A DNA stretch of 64,000 nt from Girardia tigrina (Eukaryota), in the NCBI GenBank assembly GCA_001938485.1, contig MQRK01190104.1, positions 1-64,000 of the forward strand, given 5' to 3'. The notes below the pieces were generated by a model. The model made no database searches. It saw nothing but the letters and a program-made list of their open reading frames with translations, and was not told where the DNA came from. A program made the position numbers and the translations under genes. This document shows positions 28,601-40,600 of this stretch, piece after piece; positions within the stretch are counted from its first letter, which is position 1, and every line of letters begins with the position of its first letter.

Positions 28601-31600
28601 TTTATATTTATGCATAATTCAAACCATTGTCCTCCAAACAACCTTTACAAAGTATTACAAAAGATAGCTGAAACAGAAGAATGTTATATATATATGGTTT
28701 ATGTCTTTAAATTTAATTTTTATTTTTCGGAAAATCTCATTATAAATATAATTTCAAAAAGCGTTTAATTATTAGGGTGAACCAAAAGTCTTTTCGTATT
28801 TTTATTAAAAATTTAAGCATAATTTTACAACAAATAAAAAACATTTAAGTTTCAAAGTAAAGACCATTTGAATCTATAGCTTGAACCAATCTATGGGCAA
28901 GTTGTGCGATCCCGATGCGGTACCAATCCTTGTTCTTAGAAGCGAAGAACTGGTGACACCCGTTTTCGACCTCGGACAGATTATTAAAGCTGCAACCACG
29001 AAGAAAGTGTGCCATAGAGCGGAAAAGGTGATAGTCGGATGGCGTAAGATCCGGACTATATGCTGGGTGTGGAAGAAGTTCAAAGGCGTCGAGATTTTTG
29101 ATTTTTTTCCTTTGTTTGTTTGGCGGTATGCGGTTTTGCATTGTCCTGTTGTAGAAGAACTCGCTTTCGATTGATCAAATAGGGGCATTTCTCGCCAAGT
29201 ACCGCATACATTCGATCAAGTTGGGTGTAGTAAAGGTCAGCGTCGATTGTACGACCATTTGGAACCAGCTCGAAGTGAATCACGCCTTCTACATTCCACC
29301 AAACACACAAAAGTGTCTTCCTTGAGAAACGATCTCGTTTCGCTACCAGTTTCGCCATTTGTCCGGGGTCCAACCATTGATTTTGTTGGTCTGGATTACT
29401 GAAGTAAACCCATTTTTCATCACAAGTTACAATTCGACGGATGAAACGGTCATCGCGCGGATTTTCAAGCAATTTTTGACAAGTTTCGAAACGCTTTTCT
29501 GCTTGAATTTGTGTCAATTCATGAGGCACTTCTAGATATCGTCTATTGACCTTGACAAGAGCGTGAAGGTGTCGTACAATAGATGTTTGAGGAATATCGA
29601 GTTCGGCCGACAATCTGCGAGTACTTATTAACGGATTTGTCTCGACGGCTTCACGAATTGCTCCGGAATCTACGGTGATAGGTCGGCCTGAACGTGCATT
29701 GTCTCCGAGGTCAATGTCGCTTTCGTTGAACCTTTTGAACCAATTTTGTGCAGTACGATTTGAGACCACATTATCGCCTTCAATTTCGCATATTTTCTTT
29801 GTTGTTGCAGTTGCGTTTAAGCCCTGTTTCCAGTAATGGCGTAAAAGAACACGAATTTCAAAATTTTCCATGATTTTTCTAAAAGACCATAAAAATTATA
29901 TTAACGACTAATTAGAAGTTTTAATATATATTGTGATAGAGCAGTTCAAGAGCTTTAAAAACATATAACACGTGTATATAAAATATCCTTATTTGGTAAT
30001 AAGAAACAATTGAACAAAAAGACGTAGAAAATACGAAAAGACTTTTGGTTCACCCTAATACTTTGATTTCTTAGTATTTTTAATGACATTAATGACATCT
30101 TTGCAGAAACTAACTGAAAGTCAGAAGTTTCGTTTATTGATATAAAATGGTTTATGTTTAGGACACGCACAATTCTCATATTTCCTTTAATAGAAACTGA
30201 ACTTCAACAGTGGTATCTGATTATTAATAGAATTTCAGATCCAGAGTAACTATAAAGTTAACCTCATAAACCTCTAAAGCTTGATCTCGCTTACCAGACG
30301 ATATGCTTTGGAAGACAATAAAAAATCCAAATTTTATATTTTGAAATAAAGATGTTATTATTATTTAAAACTAAAATTTTGTATCTGTAATTAGAATAGC
30401 GAGATCATTGCATAACATCTTCCAAACAACACCAGTTTCATGAGCCATATACTCTGTCTGGTAGACCATCTTAAAATTTTAACTTAATTAAAAGTATAAA
30501 ACATTATAATTTTAATCAAGAACATAATTTAATCTATTTTTGAAGTTCTTTACCAAATTCTGTACTTGAAATATCAATTTTATAAGACTTGTTCAGTCAT
30601 TTCCGATGTTTTATTTCTACTCCAAGTAAAAACAGTCAACTCAGAAGCAAAGGTTATAATAACCACATTCACGAACCTTTTACAATTAATCTTCCTTTAA
30701 ATCTAGTATATATGTTTGTATACAAATGAAGCTAAAAAACGAAAATTTAACCATTTCTTTTTCATTTAAACACCCTAAAAATTTTTGGTGTTGTATAGAA
30801 ACCAATATATGTGCCTTCCTATATATAACTATGGCATGAACTCACTTCGAAAACAAAAAGGAATATCATTGAAAATTTCCTCATATTTAGACTGAATGAC
30901 TTTATATGTAAAAGTAAATAATATAAAAGAATGTCAATAAATATCTATAAAAAGAAAATTGGTCTTGAAAATGTCAAAATGATTTCCTAGACAGAACTCA
31001 AGTAGAAAGAAAATCCATTGAATGTTTTGTAAACTTACAAATCAAATGTTACTGATTTTGCTTCTATTTCGATACTGTTGTAAATTCCATTATTCGATCA
31101 TATCAAACAGATACGCAGTCTTTCTAACTTGAAGGATGCTAAAAGAATTGTTCATGTATTGATCGATTTGGTGAGAAAATTGTTTTACACATTTTCAACA
31201 TTTTATACAAACATTTCTCTGAACTTTCACCTGGCAGTAAGAAATTTGTATTTACATAAGTTTTCAAGAGGTTTTAAACAGTTTAGAATTTTTAAGAGCC
31301 ACATTTTGAATACTGAAACAGGATATGTCATATGGATGTTATCTTACTCATATTAAAAGGGTCAGGAAGATACGTTAATATAAAATTTTGTTGAAATACG
31401 TTCAAAAATCTCTTTAAATCATAATGCCAGGTTAATTACTTAGAGTAACATAAACTCTAATTTTTAAATAAATTAATAGTGATTTTACCTTATTTTTATA
31501 ATTTCCTTTAACCCTTTCGGTCATAGTGGTACATATATGAACCACAAAATTATAGAATGTTTGTATTCAGGGCCGAAAGAGTTAAAAGGAAACAAATAAC

Positions 31601-34600
31601 TATGCCCAAATGATTGAATACCAAAATTTCCCACACAATAATTTCAAGAGATAAATTAATTCATAGAAAATATCAGAAATTTTGAGGTTAATAAAAGTAA
31701 ACAATTAAGAAAAGATATTTGGTAATATAGGAAATATCATTGCGACAGTATGGATACAATGAGAGTCTGTTTGCTATCCAAAACTGATGTTCCTGAAAGA
31801 GAATGTAACCAAAGATAATTTGTTTAATTTTAGAACGAAGTTTTATTGGAACAATTTGATTTGTAGAAGTAATTTCTGGGGTACATTTCTTGAAAATACA
31901 AAAGATGATGATTGATTAAATGGGAGAGGACAAAAATGTTTGATGATTTTTATTAAATTTACTTATAAATATGAAATGTGTTAATGGAAGTTTTCTATTT
32001 ACAAATGTAATAAACTATATGCATGTTAGGTTCGATATCAAAAGTTATAGCACCAAAATTTTATTAATATAACATAATAACATATTTCTCGAACAATTTT
32101 TCGAGGAACATTATTTCTTTTGCACAAACTATTTATACATAAAGATAATGAAATATAAATATGAAATTCGTATTATGAATACTTAATTTATTATTTATTT
32201 AATTTGGGAATTTCAAAACTAATTTTTCAACATTATTTTTACTTTTTAATCTTAAGCTAAACTTTTTCATGATAATTTAACAACATTACTTTTAAAATTA
32301 CTTTCAATTATTATTTGTTAAATAATCTTAAACTGAACTTTTCCTTTTAATTTTACATTGCTTTTATTGTTTTTTAAAAAAATCTTTGAAATTACCTTTT
32401 TAATGTTTTTATTATAAAATTTTCATTTAAAAATTTTTAATTTAATAAAAACCTTTAACCAAAGTTTTCTTATATTATATATTCTTATACAATTTTATTT
32501 TAATCAGTTTTCAATTTTTTATAATGAAGTTTCAATAATAAAAGTAACATTTAAACTTAAATTTAAAATATTTTCAACCCTAAAAGTTTTCAATGTTTTA
32601 ATTTATAAAGACATTTTTTTAATATTTTGAAACTTCCTTTGAGAGATTTTAAATACTGAAATGAAAAAATTTATGTGAGCTTCTCAAAATCCTAACAAAG
32701 TATACTAGTATGTTGGAAAAAGTAAATAGTAATAAAGTTTCACATATTGTGGTTACTTTAACAGTAGAAATATTTTATTATTAAAAATAAAAAAGTTATA
32801 ATTATCGAAACGTTTGAAATGATTTCGGTTCAATCGTGCGCAACGTATAAACTTGACTGAGTATTGCAGTAAAAGAAGATTGCCTACCAAAAGAGAAAAT
32901 TTTGTACAAATACAAGTTTTACAAATTACAACATACCAAACCCAATATTTCTGATGTTCTAAAGCGACCCCTGAAAAATTTTCATTTCACTCTCGAAGGG
33001 TATCGCTACTCTCAGATTCAGAACTAATGTTCTATGGAATCTGAGAAATATCAGTGAATATAATAAGACCGTATAAATTGAGTAGATAAAATTCCGACTT
33101 TCTACCAAGAACTATGAAGGACTGATATTTGAAACAAGAATAAGAAAGTTTCAAAGTACAATTAACAAAATATAAACACCACTTATTTTACTTAAAATTT
33201 TGTTAATGTAGTCATTAACTTTTTATGACATCATAAATAAGTCTTGTTTTTTTACATTCAAATATATATATATTTTTATTGTTGAATTTTTGAATTGAAT
33301 TTTAATTTGCAATAAATATTGTAAAGAGAATATAATCTGTTCATAAGACCTTTATAAATTATAAAATTAAAGCTGTCAGCTTTTATGGTACATCAATGAT
33401 ATTCGTTTTTACCAGTTAGAAGTTTTAACTTGAGACAACTCTAAGGGTGTGTTTTCCTACAACTTGTTTTGAAAAATCTGTAATTCAAGACAAGAAAAGT
33501 TTAAATTGAAAAGATTGTGAGAGTAAATTTGAGAGACTGCTTATTTTATTTATTTATTTTTGTTAAATTGAATTTATTGACTACTATTTTACGACTGTCT
33601 TATAATTCAGTTGAAAAATGTATTGAAAATGTATTAAAAGAATTAAACATTATCTTTGAATTTAAAAGAAGTGGATAACCTCATGAAATTAACTATAGGA
33701 AATTAGAAGTGTAAAGTGGGCGCCACTTCGTCTATGTGAGACCTGGGCTGGCCCGATCGTCGTAAATCGATCCTGGGAATTGGATCGAGAGAAACGGCTA
33801 AAAAAAATAATAGCCTACCGGTTTCGGATGGCATTGGGATATAATGAGGGCCGCCATCTTGCCCGACAGCTCTGGAACGATGTCGATTTGACTGATTGTT
33901 GTTGAAATTTGATGATTGGAAAATTTGATCGGATTCGGGAATCAAATGCATTTTCGATTCAAAGACGTTGATTACAGGCGAATAAATCCGATAAGTGTAC
34001 AGGAAAATATTCAATAATTGACTGTCGATTTTGTTCGAAGGATCAGTGAAACATTCGATAATATCGTCGATTGTCAGTCCTTTGCAGATGGTCATGACTA
34101 ATCGTTCGAATATTCACTCAGAAATTTCAATTAAATTTCATTAAAGTCGATAAAGAATTTGTTGAGAAAATTGGTCAAAATAGAAAAACATTCCAAATCA
34201 CAAAAGATATATTTTTTTNNNNNNNNNNNNNNNNNNNNNNNNNNNNNNNNNNNNNNNNNNNNNNNNNNNNNNNNNNNNNNNNNNNNNNNNNNNNNNNNNN
34301 NNNNNNNNNNNNNNNNNNNNNNNNNNNNNNNNNNNNNNNNNNNNAATTAAATTTCGTATTTTTTACACATTTTTTGTTGTTACGTTTTGATAAAATTAAA
34401 TTAGTTAATTAATAATTAATTCCGTTAAAATTAAATTAATAATTAATTAAGTTAATAAATTGTGGTCACTACAAGAAGATATAAAGAATATCGTAAAAGG
34501 AGAGAGACAAGCTTCCTAGCAGTTCAGATACGAGAAAAGCGAAAAGTTCATATGAAGAACATGAGACCATGTTTGATACTCATTGACGTAATAAAGTTTA

Positions 34601-37600
34601 ACAATATTATAGAGGGTGAGGTGCCGCTGAGACATTATGTTTTATATTGTAAGCGTGAATCTCATATGGAACAACCTATTTCAAAATGTATCATACTCAA
34701 GGTATTTTTGAACGCCAAACGGGTCTACTACTCTACTAATGTGTCCTGGTAAATGATCTGAGAAAGTAACGGCAGAAGACTGAGAACCAGGGTCTCTATC
34801 TTCTGCGTGACAACACACTAGTGCACACTGCTAACTGAACCATGGATGTAGTTAGTAAAAAATTTTCTTGTTGGATTCACTCTTATTGTTCAGCAATGAC
34901 TTGATTAAGTGTTTCTTCTTCTTGTTTAATCACTTGAAGAAACGTTTACAATGGTAGAAAACTGAGTTGAAACTTTCTCTTTTCCTTTGAAAATGGTATG
35001 TTTTCGCTACAGAAAGTATCTGGTAGTTGATGGTGAATTTGCCCATTTACCTACATGATTTGCTTGTTATAATTATAAAGTTTCAATGTTATCTCATATA
35101 TTTGTACGATTCTAAAAACATTCTATTCATACCCCATATATACAACGTGCATCAGCTAAATCAAGAATTATTAATATAAATAATAAAAATTTTTAAATAC
35201 CGAGGAGAATTTAATGCATTGAAATTAAATTTTAGATGCAGGTACTTACAAATAAAAGCAATATATTTATTGAAAAAAGCCTCCATCTGCAGAAACTACT
35301 TCCTTGAAGTAAGTTTAGAAGACAATGAAGGCATCGATTCAGCCTAAATGTTCTAGTTAAGAGTATTGCAGTTAAGCAATGATTCAGAAGAGCAATGATT
35401 TTGACATTGCTTTACGACAAATCTGAGTTTTAGGGCCATCTGGAACATCTAATGACTTTGTCATGGCAAACCGTTGATAGTTGGAATACGATTATATTGA
35501 ATAAAAGTTAAACATGATACATTTATAAAATATTTTTTATCCTATTGCAAATATATTTAAATTTTTAGCTTTTAACTTAGAAATTAGTTTCATAGAATAT
35601 TAGTTATGCAGAATATTAAAAGTGCCGGTTATTAAAAGTTTATTAAAAGAATATTAAAAGTTTATAATCCGGTAATCTTGTTCTACCTATGGTCTTTCTC
35701 ATGTATTAATAATACTTTTTGTGATTCGATATTTATAAACATTTGCTTTAGTTTTCAGGAGAAAATTTCAAAGAAACATTTTAATAATTTTTATAAACGT
35801 TTAATATATATATAAAGAATTATTTCAAAACTGACTAATAATAAGCTTGGCAATCATATAAATATAAAAATAAAGCAAAACACAAAATTCCAGCAAACTC
35901 AATCGACCACAAATATAAGCACAGAAAACAATGACACTCCATAGACGTACCTCAACCTTCCTTTAGACCACTTACTATGGTTGGAAATGTCGTCAAATTC
36001 GGGATATCTACATATTCAAAATAAACACCACAATAAACTACTGGAGAATGTACAAACAGTTTTATTTTCATTAAATTTTTAATCTTTTCAGTAAATGACA
36101 TATCGGTAAATATTAATTCTGTTCGTCAACTTTTCTATTTGTTTCTTTTGTTTCTTTGTTTTGACAATAGAAACAAATTATTAAAATGACAATTTATTTA
36201 TTAAAATCAATAAGTTTGTTTGGAACATATAAATAAAAACATTAAGAAATATTTCTCTTTTTATATTATAAGGTTTCTTGAACGGAATTACCGGTTTATT
36301 TGTTCTTTGGGAAATCATGAAATAAAAAGGAATTAATTATTTTTTTAAAAAAATAAATAATTACATATTTCATCTACAAAAATATAATGTTTATCATTAA
36401 AATAATATTGCATGTTACATATATAATACAGGGTATTTCGTTTCTGTATACTCAATATTTCAATTCTATATACCCATTTCCTATAATTTAGAATTTTTAA
36501 AAAATAAATTATTAAAAATCTAGTTTTTAAGAGGTTTTTTTATAATTTTCTTAAATACAAATTAAAAATTTATACCTAAAATTTTATACATGTATTATGA
36601 ATGATAAATTTTTTAATACATAATAATCTGTCCTTTGAATAGGAATTCACCCACCGCAGCAGATCATACACAATTCAGGTAGGATGCAGATTCGAGAAGA
36701 TTGCATTTTGCCGAAGGTGTAAAGATGACCTTGAAACAATGTGGCATGCGATCTGCTGCTGCAGCACGATTCAGACATACATAAACGCACGGCACGACGC
36801 GGTACTTGATATTCTCCGCAAGGAAATTCAGGAATAATGTAATGTGGAACTTTATGTAAATGTCACTTGTGGATTCGTGCCTTCCACCTTAAGAGTTGAT
36901 CTGCATGTACACTTTCCCGACAGAAAGCGAATTGTATTAATTGATGTGAAATGTCCATTTGATGATGCTTGTGAGGAATATTTGGTGTGTGGATGTTTTT
37001 GTGTAGTTTTTGCATGTTCAAATGTTGTATGTTGATTTGGGATTGTGCCTCTCCTAACCAGATGGATTATCAATATTTATTTTTTTATAATCTGAAACTA
37101 ATTTATTTAAATTTAGATTTAATATTCAAATTTTTAATTTTTATTATTGCAGCTTTTAAATAANNNNNNNNNNNNNNNNNNNNNNNNNNNNNNNNNNNNN
37201 NNNNNNNNNNNNNNNNNNNNNNNNNNNNNNNNNNNNNNNNNNNNNNNNNNNNNNNNNNNNNNNTTAAATATTTTTAAATAAAATAATCTTATCAAGTATA
37301 GTTCAGATTATAATGGGAGATATTGAAAATTGATTGATGGATCTAAGTGAAAGCATTACTGTTGATCATCATAAAGATGATAAAAACTGTGAATGTAATA
37401 AATGTTTTGTCAAATGTGTGAGTTCTCTTAACAATGCTGAAAATCTTGAAAATGCAAATACTGAAAATCTACACAAGTATGAACCTCTTCGGGCTGCGAT
37501 CAAAGTCAAATACAAAGATCACACTGTCTTACTTTTCACATTCGTTGTAGGAGCTCTAGGTACATGGATCCCGAAGAACAGAGAACCGCTAAATGCTATA

Positions 37601-40600
37601 TTCATCAGCGCTCGGACCAATGCCATTGTCACTGCAGCGATGAGATCTAACATCAAATGGTTTGCATGAGCACGGACTGCCTTCAATGACGGAAGAAGTG
37701 CCCACGACCTATCAGATTACAGAGACCCTCAACACAATCCGAGAGGGGCTCTACAATTAATTGAAGGTGCCATACTTGAAGAAGACCGATCTGATGACCC
37801 AGCAGTAAGCATCGAAGTGGCGAACCGTGCCACTGCAGAAAAATTAAAGCCAAGAATTTCAGAAAAGTCCCATTGGGCAATTGGAAAAAAACTTTTGTTT
37901 TATAATAAATTTTTGTGTATAAATTAGGCTTCTGTTGACATTTCTGTTTGCAGGTACGTGGATATATGCCTTTTGTCAAGCTAACGAGTACCTGTATAAT
38001 CGTCTAGTGTGTTCATTAAATCCGGTCTCGTCAAAAAAACCAAGCGCTGTTTTGGGGAGCGCTGTTTTAGGAAGCGCTGTTTTGGAGTATAAACATTTAA
38101 ATAATTCAAAAATTATTTGGAATTGAATCGGTAGTAGCGACGGGTGGTGTGTACAAAGGACAGGGACGTAATCAGCGCAAGCTAGTGATTTGTGCTTAAT
38201 AGGAATTCCTCGTTCAAAAGGGATAATTTCAATCCACTATTCCTGACACGACAGTGATTCAGCAGGTTACCCGGCCATTTCTAGCTAGGACTAAAACTCG
38301 CTGGTACTGCCATTTTAGCGCACGTGCGGCCCCGGACATCTAAGGGCATCACAGACATGTTATTGCTTCATTTCATTTAGCTAAACGCAATTTATTCCTC
38401 TAAGAAGTCAGCATTTGCGATTTAACATAAATGTACTATTTAGCAAGTGAGAGTCTAGTTCGTTAACTGAATTAACCAGACAAATCGTTCCACCAACTAA
38501 GAACGGCCATGCACCACCACCGACACTTTTGATGCATAAACCGTCCTTTCATTTATTCTTTCAATAGCATTTCTTTCTTCTGGAATTAGCGAAAGTCTTT
38601 TTCAAGTGAATCTTAATTTTTTAATTTTTCTGCAAATCTTTGGTAAACAGATAGGTTAACATCCAACTTTTCGACAAGTTCTTCTTTTATCTCACGTTGG
38701 TTGAGAGAATTGTTACAAGAAATGGTGTTGAAAATTAACTGCTCCCAATTGGAAAATGTTGAATTTCGTAATGAATACGTATTTTTACATTTCGTGCTTT
38801 ATGATACGAATTCCACACCTAAAGAATGATTTTTAAGTATTTTATACACGGCTTTTCTGTCGAGATTGGTCATACGAGCAATGTTGGTTATGTTTTACTG
38901 GCCATTGCTTGACAAACTGATTAGGAAGTCATTTATATCTTTAGTTATAAACCTTCTTTGTTTTCTTTCTGACATTTCTATTTTGAAAATCTAAATTAAT
39001 GGAATGGGTATATAGATTTGAAATATTGGATACATAGAAATGAAAAACCCTGTAATATTGTTTAATTTATAAACAAGCATTATCATACTAAAAATAATAG
39101 TTTAAAATAAATATGAATAAATAATACGAAATAATATTTCTATTTCATATTTAATTAATTTATACGGCCCCGAAAATTTACGCAAAAATATATAATAAAA
39201 ATGATTTTAATTAAATAAATAAATAAATATTATTCAGCAGTTGTTTTAAACGATTATAAAATTGACAGTTAGATAATATTTTGCTATCTTTTGTTATATA
39301 TAAAAGAATAATATTTTTTCTATAGATATTATCTGTTTCAACTTTTATATTAACAAAGCAGAAGTCAATTATTATTCAAAATTTATTTTTTTAAATTATC
39401 AAGTACAAATTTATTTGATTATTCTAACATTAAATGGATAAATAAATATTTAAAGAAAATTATTTTTTTATTTTTTTCCAATTTTAAGGATAATAAAATA
39501 TTATTTCATCAAATGACAAAATATATTTAATTTTTCTTTATTGATAAAATATTTGAAAAAATTATAGTAATTGACTCCAAAATATTGTTCAGTTTATAAC
39601 TGTGGGATGTTTTATTTGCTGGGACTATAGGTAAAATTTTCTGAGTAGTTTAGGAAAGTATATACTCAATATAGCATTTCTAAGGATCAATGTGATATTT
39701 ATATGTCATAGCTACAAGAAATGGGCTCGATAGTTTTCATCTGTTATTATGTAAATATAGATCTTCACATTAATAACCACATCATAATTAATCCCAAAAA
39801 ATAAAGGGAAAAATATAATTCAGTTGTAGAATATTTATTGATAAACTAAGTAATTGAATCTTAAATGTTTATATGTCTTCTTACATGACCAATATAATCA
39901 TCTTAAAACCCGAATAATGGACATTTACAATTGAATCGATCAAGTGCTATTCTAGATAATTTTCTTATTTTTAGAATAAAAAATACTCATGTCACACGAT
40001 TAGGTTTCTATCTAAAAAGTATTACTTCAGATTATGAGTCGAAATTCTGTGAATCTTTATTGATAAGACACTAAAACCCATTACATTGTAATTAATATTC
40101 AGAATCAACAAAATAAAACCGCTTTAATAATTAAAATATTCATATTATTATTTAAAATATTTTACAATTATTATCTAATAATATTTAACATAAATTTTTA
40201 TTTTAAATATTTTATCATTTTGTTTTATAATATTTTTTATTAATTTTTATAAATTAATGACTATGGATGATGATGTAAAAAACAGACTTGAATATGCCAT
40301 ATGTTCACATTCTCAAAAAAAAATAATTAAAATATCAAAGAATAATATTAAACTATAATTAACAAAGCTCAATATCATACAATAATTGTTTTGTAACATT
40401 TTTAATTTCTCAGAAATTCTTTTTTAATAATTTTTGTGATTTATAAAATGATTTTAATAACAACATTATTATTGACTTAAATAGATTTAATTACACAAGC
40501 AGAATTTTCATTACAAAATTGTCTGTATCACTTTCCTTATTTTTTATCGCTGTTGATTTGATTTAATTTATTATTTTTACTATCTGAAATTGGGGATCCG

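Larger units (their letters stand above)
36429..39052 (-). mobile_element. Tc1/IS630-like DNA transposon with cargo replacing the catalytic region
   Basis: ~50-bp TIRs CAGGGT(A/T)TTTC(G/A)TTTCT...CTATATACCCATT at 36429 and 39052; transposase N-half 38975-38523 (NIARMTNLDRKAVYKIL...KRLSLIPEERNAIERINERTVYA). Confidence 0.82.

Noticed and set aside
37334-37669. 111-aa ORF as a novel protein
   Set aside because: Chance fusion of solo-LTR sequence to the RLE endonuclease C-terminus.
38126-38521. Functional rDNA unit
   Set aside because: Only ~400 nt, no ITS/5.8S/28S, and mutated at invariant positions.
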